A DNA stretch of 24,000 nt from Halorussus salinisoli (GTDB taxonomy: Archaea > Halobacteriota > Halobacteria > Halobacteriales > Haladaptataceae). Both the position numbers and the translations under genes were made by a program. Positions 16,140 through 23,201 of the stretch are shown here, in pieces (within the stretch, counting starts at the first letter, position 1; each line of letters starts with the position of its first letter). The notes under the pieces were generated by a model. That model did not search any database, was not told where the DNA came from, and saw only the letters and a program-made list of their open reading frames with translations. Location: assembly GCF_005239435.1 (NCBI RefSeq), contig NZ_SZNP01000009.1. The stretch is one strand, 5' to 3'.

Positions 16140-16994
16140 ATGGCTGACGCCGACGACAAGTATCCCGAGGAGTCCGGCCGACGCCGGTTCGTGAAGGGCG
16201 TCGTCGGGAGCGCCGCACTCACGGGCATCGGCACCGCGGCGGCCGCGAGCATCAACTCTGCCACTGCACCGACCGGCGCGGGCGGAGGTATCATCCAGTA
16301 CTTCGGTGTCGAGAACACCGCCGGACCTGCACCCCGAGGGATGCCCCAGATTCCGATAGAAATCGACGACGAGGGGTTCCTCAAGGGCGTCTGGCCCGAA
16401 CCAGAGACCGTAACGGAGCAAGGTCGCGAGATAACGGTCGCCGAGATGCAACTTGGCGGCATCACTTACTCCAGCGAGTGGTTCCAGTACTGCGGGGTCC
16501 AGACGTACCCCGGCGTCGAACCCGACGCCGACCAGGACAACTTCCTCCGGTACTCGGGGTCGCCCCCCTACGAATGGCAACAGGAGGAGGTCGAACCCGG
16601 CGACAAGGTCAACGTCGAGGACTTCAGCGACTACGAGACGTGGGGCAACGGCATCGGCGAGAGCGGTCTCGGCAAGCCCGCGCTGGCGACGTGGCGCTCG
16701 CAGGACGTGCCCGCGAGCGGGACGATGCCGGTGCAGATAATCCGGAGTCCACGAATCCAGCGGATGGCAGACCGAGGCGACGAGTGGCTCTCGGCCAGCA
16801 CCGAGGAAGGGTTCCTCGCGAACTTGAACAAGTGTACCCACTTCTGTTGCGTGCCCGGATTCAAGACGCTTCCCGACAGTGCCAAGTTCGGCGCGGCGAA
16901 CGAAATCTACTGCCAGTGCCACCAGTCGGTGTACGACCCGTTCAGCATCGTGCAGTTGTCGTTCGTGGCGCTCCCGCGTCCCGAGGACAACTGA
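16140..16994 (+). CDS. Tat-exported Rieske [2Fe-2S] protein
   Basis: 284 aa. It has the twin-arginine signal SGRRRFVKGVVGSAALTGIG. Rieske box I is CTHFCC and box II is CQCHQS near the C-terminus, including the disulfide cysteines seen in bc-type Rieske proteins. SD-like GGAGGAG (16127-16133) lies 6 nt upstream of the ATG. Confidence 0.9.
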   Translation: MADADDKYPEESGRRRFVKGVVGSAALTGIGTAAAASINSATAPTGAGGGIIQYFGVENTAGPAPRGMPQIPIEIDDEGFLKGVWPEPETVTEQGREITVAEMQLGGITYSSEWFQYCGVQTYPGVEPDADQDNFLRYSGSPPYEWQQEEVEPGDKVNVEDFSDYETWGNGIGESGLGKPALATWRSQDVPASGTMPVQIIRSPRIQRMADRGDEWLSASTEEGFLANLNKCTHFCCVPGFKTLPDSAKFGAANEIYCQCHQSVYDPFSIVQLSFVALPRPEDN

Positions 16995-16995
16995 G

Positions 16996-17017
16996 CGTTC
17001 CGTAGATTACCGGAACG
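16996..17017 (+). other. Hairpin immediately after the Rieske stop codon (possible transcript 3' end)
   Basis: CGTTCCG (16996-17002) and CGGAACG (17011-17017) form a perfect 7-bp stem with an 8-nt loop, starting 2 nt after the TGA. No T-tract follows, so a terminator function is only a guess. Confidence 0.25.
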
Positions 17018-17126
17018 ACACCCGGCGCAGTCTCGTCGGACGAACGTCGCCCGTTCGGGACGTTGACGTGTCAGGTAGCCTAGACGGCAACAAACGTTTT
17101 GTACCACCAGTTTCCATCCACGCACA

Positions 17127-17339
17127 TTGAAGCAACTGCTCTACGCAGCCGTCGACCGAGTCAAGCGCCTGACGCGGTCGTCGGCTTCCGACGCCGACGA
17201 GGGAGACGCCACCGTACGGGACGACGACGGCCCCGACCTCTACGAGTGCGAGGGCTGTGGAGCCGTCTTCATCTCGAAGCCGAACGAGTGTTCGACCTGT
17301 AAGGACGACGATTTCTCGAACGTCGGAAAGTTCCAGTAA
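17127..17339 (+). CDS. Small zinc-ribbon protein (CxxC...CxxC), 70 aa
   Basis: YECEGCGAVFISKPNECSTCKDDDF is a 4-Cys zinc-ribbon knuckle pair, and the composition is acidic, typical of haloarchaeal zinc-finger mini-proteins. Caveat: the only in-frame start is TTG (17127), with no ATG or GTG in frame. A weak TTTTGTA box lies about 24-30 nt upstream. Confidence 0.45.
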   Translation: MKQLLYAAVDRVKRLTRSSASDADEGDATVRDDDGPDLYECEGCGAVFISKPNECSTCKDDDFSNVGKFQ

Positions 17340-17543
17340 CCCGGTCGCTTCGTTCGAATTTCGACCTCACGTCGATATCTCCGTCTCTTAGATAAACATA
17401 TAGCTATAATAGGAGTATTTTTACGCCTTTAGGCAAGGATATCATTTCCCCACCTCGGGAGGTCGGAGAGACGCCGAGCGTCTTCGAACGCCGCCGTTTG
17501 GTCGACGAGAAAACATTTACCGACACGCTCGAATAGCAGAACT

Positions 17544-18833
17544 ATGGTCCCCTCCCGCTCCCGAAGAGCGTTCCTCCGGGCGGTCACGGTCGGGTCGCTC
17601 GGATTAGCAGGTTGTACGGGCGAGCGACGACCCGTCGGTTCGACCACGACGCCACCGCCTTCGACGACGGCAACGACGGACGGCGAGACGACCGCCGGAA
17701 CGACCGGCCCGGACGAGCGCGTGACGGAGACGCCGCCCGGCGCGCCCGCGCTCCCGGCGTCCGGCGAGTGGCCCACGTACCGATTCGACGCGAGAAATAC
17801 GGGCTACAACCCCGACGGAGACGGTCTCCGCGACGGCGAGCAGTACTGGCGACTCCGGGCGGGCGGCCCCGCGAGCGTGAGCGACGACGCGCTGTTCAAC
17901 GTCTCGGGTTACGAACGCGACGAGGGGGCGCTCACCCGGCGCGACCCCGGGACCCTCTCGGTTCGCTCGGCGACAGGTCTCGTCGGGTACGGCATCAACT
18001 CGCCGCCGACGGTCGCCGACGGACGAGTCTTCGTGACGACGTTCGTCGAAGCGTTCTGCCTCGCCGCCGACCGCGACGAAGTGCTGTGGCGCGGCCCCGA
18101 GATGGACGGTATCCACGGAGCGCCGACCGTCAGCGACGACACCGTGTTCGTCAACAGCGGTGGCTACCAATCGGTTCCGGCACAGTTGCGCGCCTTCGAC
18201 GCGGCGTCGGGCGACCAGCGATGGCGCTACGACACCGAGAGCGAATCGAAGTCCGCGCCGGCAGTCGCCGACGGTCGCGTCTTCGTCGTGGCCCGCGACG
18301 GACTCCACGCAATCGACGCCGCGACCGGAGCGGGCCTGTTCGTGGTCGGCGACGCCGGAGACGAGTGGTCGGCCCCCGTCGTCGCCGACGGAACGGTGTA
18401 CGTCGTTGCCTATCGGGACGAGGACGACGAACTGTTCGCTATCGACGCCGCGGACGGAACGGTCCACTGGCGATTCCAGCCATCCGGACTCGACGGCGAA
18501 CCGCCGGTCGTCGCGGACGGGACGGTCTACGTCGGGACCGACCGCGGCGTCGTCGCGCTCGATTCGAGCGACGGGACGCGAACGACGACCCTCGGCAACC
18601 AAGGGACGCCGGTCGCGCGCGTGGGTGACGTGATATATGCGACCGACCGTGGGACGCTCTTCGCGCTCGACGCCGAGGGCGATGGCGAGGGCGTTCTCTG
18701 GTCGCATCGAACCGAACAGGTACAGATCGAGGACACTATCGGTCGGAACATCTACGGAGTCACGCCGGTCGACGGGGCGGTCTACGTGAGCGCCCGCGAC
18801 GCCTTCCACGGGTTCGGTCCCGTGCTATCCTGA
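17544..18833 (+). CDS. Tat-lipoprotein with PQQ-like (BamB-like) beta-propeller repeats
   Basis: 429 aa. The signal is a twin-arginine motif plus lipobox (SRSRRAFLRAVTVGSLGLAGC), followed by a Thr/Pro-rich linker. It has about 7-8 repeats of the ADGRVFV / DDTVFV / ADGTVYV / VDGAVYV type, with W/F-R spacing typical of PQQ-like propeller blades. Confidence 0.85.
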   Translation: MVPSRSRRAFLRAVTVGSLGLAGCTGERRPVGSTTTPPPSTTATTDGETTAGTTGPDERVTETPPGAPALPASGEWPTYRFDARNTGYNPDGDGLRDGEQYWRLRAGGPASVSDDALFNVSGYERDEGALTRRDPGTLSVRSATGLVGYGINSPPTVADGRVFVTTFVEAFCLAADRDEVLWRGPEMDGIHGAPTVSDDTVFVNSGGYQSVPAQLRAFDAASGDQRWRYDTESESKSAPAVADGRVFVVARDGLHAIDAATGAGLFVVGDAGDEWSAPVVADGTVYVVAYRDEDDELFAIDAADGTVHWRFQPSGLDGEPPVVADGTVYVGTDRGVVALDSSDGTRTTTLGNQGTPVARVGDVIYATDRGTLFALDAEGDGEGVLWSHRTEQVQIEDTIGRNIYGVTPVDGAVYVSARDAFHGFGPVLS

Positions 18834-18916
18834 CTCCGTCGCGGAATGGAGGCGCTTATTTTGCTCGCACCCCGACCATCGGGGAAGCACCTCGGACTGG
18901 GTGACTACTTCCTATC

Positions 18917-20305
18917 ATGCCTACACCGAAATCGAAGGCGACTCTCGTCGCGGTCGCCGTCCTCGCGTCGGTCGTTCTGGTCGGCGTCGGCCTCGTCGTC
19001 ACCTCGCAGGACGGCGGAACCGACGCCGGAGCGCAGCGAACGCTCACCGCCAACTGGGTCAGCGACACGGGCCGGAACATCACCGGGAACCACCACGTCG
19101 CAATCGGCGGCACTGTCGGCGACCGACCGCTCGTGTTCGCGCCCATCAGCGGCGAAGCCGACGACGCCGGTCACGGCCACCAGCACGATCACGGGAGCGC
19201 GACGGCGAACGCCGCCACGAGCGCGTCCTCCGGGTGCGGACTGGTCGCGCTGAACGGGACCGACGGTGACGTTCGCTGGACCTACGACGTCCCGCCGGCC
19301 AACTGCACCATCCACTCCATCGCCGACCCGACGCTGGCCGACGTCGACGGCGACGGCGTGCCGGAAGTCCTCGCCACCTCGACCGAGAAGACGGTCGCGG
19401 CGTTCGACTCGAAGTCCGGCGACGTGACGTTCGAACGCAACCTCTCGGCCTACGGCTACACCCGGCCGGTCGTGGCCAACTTCACGGGCGACGCGCGACC
19501 CGAGGTCGTCGTGGTGGACGTTCACGGGACCGTCTTCGTCGTCCGACCCGACGGCGACTCTACCGGCGGCGGAGATTCGTCGGACGAGTCCGGCGGCGAG
19601 ACCGTCTGGACTCGTAAACTCCCGGCCGACTACGTCTGGGGCCAACCGCACGTCGAGGACTTCGACGGCGACCAGTCGCCCGAACTCGCGGTCGCACTCG
19701 GCAACGGCCGACTCGTCATGCTCGACAACGACGGGAACATCGCGTGGAACCGGTCGGTCGGCGCGGGCGACTCCGTGACCTGGTTCACGACCGGGCAGGT
19801 CGACGACGACTCACCGGCGGAACTCGTGACGGCCACCTCCGGCGGGAACGTCTCGCTGTTCGACGGCGACGACGGAGAACTGGTCTGGCGAAAGTCGTTC
19901 GGCGCGTACGCCGCGGTCCACGCGGTCGGAGACGGCGACGACGACGGGACCGGCGAAGTGTACGCGACCGCACGGGACGGGAATCTCCGGGCTATCGACG
20001 CGGTCTCCGGCGACGTGGAGTGGACGACGAGTCTGACCACGGTCAACGCCCAGATGACGCCGCCGCCGGTCCTCGGCGACGTGGACGACGACGGCGACGA
20101 CGAACTGGTCGCGGCGTCGAACGACGGGAGCGTCGCGGTCGTCGACCCGAAGTCGGGCGAGATACTGGCGTCGTACGAGCGCGAGACGCCACTCTGGACG
20201 CATCCGACGCTCGCGGACGTAGACGACGACCCGGCACCCGAGATTCTGACGATGTACGGCGACGGCCGGGTCGCGGCGCTGTCGTACGAAAACGAGACGG
20301 CCTGA
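18917..20305 (+). CDS. N-terminally anchored beta-propeller protein with FG-GAP/integrin-alpha-like acidic loop repeats
   Basis: 462 aa with an N-terminal TM/signal anchor (ATLVAVAVLASVVLVGVGLVV). It has seven D-x-D-x-D-G/P-x-x-E loops (DVDGDGVPEV, NFTGDARPEV, DFDGDQSPEL, VDDDSPAEL, GDGDDDGTGEV, DVDDDGDDEL, DVDDDPAPEI). A His-rich patch GHGHQHDHG lies near the N-terminus. Confidence 0.85.
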   Translation: MPTPKSKATLVAVAVLASVVLVGVGLVVTSQDGGTDAGAQRTLTANWVSDTGRNITGNHHVAIGGTVGDRPLVFAPISGEADDAGHGHQHDHGSATANAATSASSGCGLVALNGTDGDVRWTYDVPPANCTIHSIADPTLADVDGDGVPEVLATSTEKTVAAFDSKSGDVTFERNLSAYGYTRPVVANFTGDARPEVVVVDVHGTVFVVRPDGDSTGGGDSSDESGGETVWTRKLPADYVWGQPHVEDFDGDQSPELAVALGNGRLVMLDNDGNIAWNRSVGAGDSVTWFTTGQVDDDSPAELVTATSGGNVSLFDGDDGELVWRKSFGAYAAVHAVGDGDDDGTGEVYATARDGNLRAIDAVSGDVEWTTSLTTVNAQMTPPPVLGDVDDDGDDELVAASNDGSVAVVDPKSGEILASYERETPLWTHPTLADVDDDPAPEILTMYGDGRVAALSYENETA

Positions 20306-20331
20306 AGCCGCACGACAGGTCTTCCCCCTGT

Positions 20332-20354
20332 TCCGGCCGTGCGCTCCGGCCGGA
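20332..20354 (+). other. GC-rich hairpin downstream of the propeller gene
   Basis: TCCGGCCG (20332-20339) and CGGCCGGA (20347-20354) form a perfect 8-bp stem with a 7-nt loop, 27 nt after the TGA at 20305. Function unknown. Confidence 0.2.
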
Positions 20355-20690
20355 CACCGAGCGTCGGCGGGTCGCCGAGCGAGTAGTGTGCGCCCGGCGG
20401 AGACCCATCGCGTCACAGGCGAAATGGAGTTATGGGAGTCGTCCGGCAAATCCGCAGTTCGACGTAGACTCTGGCACGCGAGTCGAAGCACGTCGAGGCG
20501 GTCTGTCACCGCCTACTCGACCAAAGAGCAGTGAAATATTTAAAACGGCGTCAGACTCCCATACCGTTTCATTTTAAGTGAGGGCGCGGATTTCGTGCAA
20601 CGAATGTGAACAGTAGTAGGATTGATTAGAGCTCGAATAAATTGGCCGACTATCACCACGCGATCCCAGTAGCACGTCAGCCCGCTACCC

Positions 20691-21031
20691 ATGGATTTCG
20701 AAACAGCACTCGGCCTACTGAGTAACGAACACCGACGCACCATCGTCGTCGTCCTCGACGAGACCGGTCCGGTCTCCCGCCAACAACTGGCGACCGAGGC
20801 GTCGGAACCGACGTCGCCTCGGACTGCACGGCACGGGAAGAGGTGTGCATCGCGCTCCGCGACGACCACCTGCCGCACTTGGTCGACGCTGGCGTCGTAG
20901 AGTACGACGACGACACGGTGGTTCCGACCTCGAAGTTGGACGCGGTCTGCGACTGGTTGAACGACTCGGCTCGGGTCGCCCCGGACACGACGGCCAGTCT
21001 CCGCGAGCAACTGACCGCGTTCTACGCGTGA
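20691..21031 (+). pseudogene. Frameshifted ArsR-like HTH gene (haloarchaeal 'LLSNxRRR ... HLPxLxDAGVVxYD' family)
   Basis: Two ORFs in different frames together form one protein. The first is 20691-20900, MDFETALGLLSNEHRRTIVVVLDETGPVSRQQLATE... The second is 20843-21031, which extends upstream without a stop as ...GTDVASDCTAREEVCIALRDDHLPHLVDAGVVEYDDDTVVPTSKL... The total span of 341 nt is not a multiple of 3. The shift must lie near 20795-20805. After the shift the first frame turns Arg/Ser/Thr-rich. Confidence 0.6.
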
Positions 21032-21052
21032 AATTTCGAACGACTCGGGCGA

Positions 21053-21076
21053 GCGCCTCCGGCAAGCCGGAGGCGC
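21053..21076 (+). other. Perfect 10-bp GC hairpin downstream of the HTH pseudogene
   Basis: GCGCCTCCGG (21053-21062), loop CAAG, then CCGGAGGCGC (21067-21076). It starts 22 nt after the TGA at 21031 and directly abuts the tandem repeat. Confidence 0.3.
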
Positions 21077-21078
21077 AG

Positions 21079-21138
21079 ACCCAGGTGGAAATCGGGGCGT
21101 GTGAACAAACCCAGGTGGAAATCGAGGCGTGTGAATCT
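21079..21138. repeat. Two-copy 30-bp tandem direct repeat
   Basis: Unit 1 is 21079-21108, ACCCAGGTGGAAATCGGGGCGTGTGAACAA. Unit 2 is 21109-21138, ACCCAGGTGGAAATCGAGGCGTGTGAATCT. They match at 26 of the first 27 positions. Confidence 0.85.
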
Positions 21139-21279
21139 CGATTCGAATCCAGGGGTGGATAGTGAACCGGAATCAGACGTTCTTGCTCGGTCGTTTCCCT
21201 CCCTGCGCGAGATGCGACTGGCAGGATTCGAATCGCCACCGAACTGCTTCCGTCGCTGTCGAAAGGGACAGCGTCAGGA

Positions 21280-21353
21280 AGCCAGGGGTGGGATTTGAAC
21301 CCACGAACTCCCGATTACAAGTCGGGTGCTTGAACCGCCCAAGCTCCCCTGGC
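21280..21353 (-). tRNA. tRNA-Thr (anticodon UGU)
   Basis: The minus strand reads GCCAGGG-GA-GCTT-GGGCGGTTC-AAGC-A-CCCGA-CTTGTAA-TCGGG-AGTTC-GTGGG-TTCAAAT-CCCAC-CCCTGGC-T. This is a full cloverleaf with a 7-bp acceptor stem, 4-bp D stem, 5-bp anticodon stem, U33, anticodon TGT, A37 and a TTCAAAT T-loop. CCA is not encoded. Confidence 0.9.
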
Positions 21354-21372
21354 GCGTACCGCCACCTTCTGG

Positions 21373-21855
21373 CTACTCCTTTGTGAGCGTATCGCTTTCG
21401 ACCGATTTTTCCAGTTCGATTCGGTGAGGAGCGTAGCCGTGGCGTCGGTAGAATCGCCGGGCGTCGTCGTTGGCGGCCATCATCTCGAGCGCGAGGGTGT
21501 CCGCGCCCGACTCGACCAGTCTCTCCTCGGCGGCCCGAAGCAGGTCCGACCCGATGCCCTCGTCGCGGCGGTCGGGGACGACGTAGATGTTCTGGACCAG
21601 ACCGCGGGTCGCGTCCTGCTCGTAGCTGTTCGACTCGATGCCGAAGGTGACGAAGCCGACGAGTTCGTCCGCGTCGTCTCGCGCCACCACCAGTTCGTCG
21701 GCGACTGCGCTCTGGGTGAAGGCTTCACGGATGGTCGTGTGGTTTTCGTCGGCCAGCAGGTGCGAGCCGAGTTCGCGCTGGTCGGCGGCCAGTTCGACCC
21801 AGCAGTCGGCCGCCGCGTCCGCGTCTTCGGTACTCCCGAGTTCGATGGTGACCAT
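21373..21855 (-). CDS. GNAT-family N-acetyltransferase
   Basis: 160 aa. GNAT motif A is QNIYVVPDRRDEGIGSDLLRAAE (the Q/R-x-x-G-x-G/A acetyl-CoA loop), and the C-terminal ARRFYRRHGY motif is present. The start abuts the pgk stop (21855/21856). Confidence 0.85.
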   Translation of the reverse strand: MVTIELGSTEDADAAADCWVELAADQRELGSHLLADENHTTIREAFTQSAVADELVVARDDADELVGFVTFGIESNSYEQDATRGLVQNIYVVPDRRDEGIGSDLLRAAEERLVESGADTLALEMMAANDDARRFYRRHGYAPHRIELEKSVESDTLTKE

Positions 21856-23055
21856 TCAGTCTCGGAGTGCTTCCACCGCGGGCAGGTCCTCGCCCGTGAG
21901 CATGTTGAGTGCCGCGCCGCCGCCCGTGCTTACGTGGTCGAACCCGTCGATGTCGAACTTCCGGATGGCCGCGGCCGTGTCGCCACCGCCGACGATGCTG
22001 TACTCCGCCTCGGTGGCAGTTTCGAAGAGTTCGCGAGTGCCCCGGGCGAACGTCTCGTCCTCGAAGACCCCGGCCGGACCGTTGAGGACGACCGTGCCCG
22101 AGTTCCGGACGACCTCTGCGTAGGTATCGATCGTCTCCGTCCCGACGTCCATCGCGGCCTCGCCCTCTCGCGGGGGAAGCGCGTCCACCGCGATTTCGTG
22201 GCGCTCGCCGTCGCGCTCGACCGCCACGTCCGCGGGGAGTCGGATGCGGTCGCCGTACTCGTCGAGGAGGTCGGCCGCGCGGTCGATTTCGTCCCAGTAG
22301 CCCTGCTCGTAGACGAAGTCGGCGCTGGCGTCGCCGAGGTCGGTCTCGTCGGCCAGCAGGAACACGTTTGCGACCACGCCGGTCGTCAGCACCTCGTCGG
22401 CGATACCGCGTTCGAGGACGCTCTCGACCACCGCCATCGAGTCGGGCACTTTCGCACCGCCGATGACGTAGGTCCGGGGTTCGGGCGTCCCCTCGATATC
22501 GCCGAGAACGTCGAGTTCCCGCTCCATCACCCGGCCCGCGTAGCCCGGAATCCGGGCCGGAAATCCGACGATGGAGGGCTGTGAGCGGTGGGCCGCGGCG
22601 AAGGCGTCGTTGACGTAGGCGTCGAGGACGGAGACGAGTCTGTTGACGAGTTCGGTCTCGCCGGCGCGGTCGGCCGGGAATTCCATGTACTCCTCGCTGT
22701 AGAAACGGGTGTTTTCCAGTACGACGGCCTCACCGTCGCTCAGGTTCTCGACGGTCCGGCGGGCGTCGGCCGAGAAGGTCGCGTCGGCGTACCCGACCGG
22801 AGCGTCGAGCAGTTCGTCGAGGCGGTCGGCGTGCGGGCGGAGGTTCCGGAACTGGTCGCCACCGGGACGACCCTGATGGGCGAGGACGGCCACCCGACCG
22901 CCGCGCTCCAACAGTTCCGAGAGGGTGTCGACGTGGGCGCGCAAGCGGGCGTCGTCGGCGAGCGCGCCGTCGTCAGTTAGCGGGCTATTGATGTCGATAC
23001 GCACTCCGAGCGTGGTCCCTTGGACGGCGAGGTCGTCCAGGGTCTCTATCGGCAT
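21856..23055 (-). CDS. pgk: Phosphoglycerate kinase
   Basis: 399 aa. It has archaeal Pgk signatures: GVRIDINSPL, VLAHQGRPG, NTRFY, NDAFAAAHR, VIGGAKV and STGGGAALNML. Confidence 0.95.
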   Translation of the reverse strand: MPIETLDDLAVQGTTLGVRIDINSPLTDDGALADDARLRAHVDTLSELLERGGRVAVLAHQGRPGGDQFRNLRPHADRLDELLDAPVGYADATFSADARRTVENLSDGEAVVLENTRFYSEEYMEFPADRAGETELVNRLVSVLDAYVNDAFAAAHRSQPSIVGFPARIPGYAGRVMERELDVLGDIEGTPEPRTYVIGGAKVPDSMAVVESVLERGIADEVLTTGVVANVFLLADETDLGDASADFVYEQGYWDEIDRAADLLDEYGDRIRLPADVAVERDGERHEIAVDALPPREGEAAMDVGTETIDTYAEVVRNSGTVVLNGPAGVFEDETFARGTRELFETATEAEYSIVGGGDTAAAIRKFDIDGFDHVSTGGGAALNMLTGEDLPAVEALRD

Positions 23056-23069
23056 GTACGTGACTCCGA

Positions 23070-23097
23070 CAGCCCGAGTGATATATGTGTCGGGCTG
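23070..23097. promoter_or_regulatory. 8-bp inverted repeat bracketing the pgk TATA box (candidate operator)
   Basis: The sequence is CAGCCCGA-GTGATATATGTG-TCGGGCTG. The central ATATAT (23081-23086) spans -26 to -31 relative to the pgk ATG at 23055, which is leaderless geometry. Confidence 0.4.
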
Positions 23098-23166
23098 AGT
23101 GACAAATAAAAATTCGTTTCCGAGTAAACTTTCAGAGGTCGTGCGTTGGGTTCACAACTTGCAAAC

Positions 23167-23175
23167 TTTTTTATA
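23167..23175 (+). promoter_or_regulatory. TATA box (TTTTTTATA) of the ABC substrate-binding protein gene
   Basis: It ends 27 nt upstream of the ATG at 23202, which is leaderless geometry. It lies in the 146-bp spacer shared divergently with pgk. Confidence 0.4.
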
Positions 23176-23201
23176 GCCGGTGTGAGACCTACTGATAGAC
23201 T

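Noticed and set aside
17385-17445. AT-rich island considered as a replication origin.
   Set aside because: It is only about 60 bp, I could find no repeated ORB-like elements flanking it, and no orc/cdc6 gene is nearby.
20421-20534. 36-aa plus-strand ORF (MELWESSGKSAVRRRLWHASRSTSRRSVTAYSTKEQ) in the 20306-20690 gap.
   Set aside because: It is strongly basic with Arg/Ser-rich composition, atypical for a haloarchaeal protein, and has no promoter geometry.
21079-21138. Tandem 30-bp repeat considered as a mini CRISPR array.
   Set aside because: There are only two directly adjacent units with no spacers, no further repeats and no cas genes in the window.
21162-21386. 74-aa plus-strand ORF.
   Set aside because: It runs antisense straight through the tRNA-Thr gene and its composition is basic and non-halophilic.
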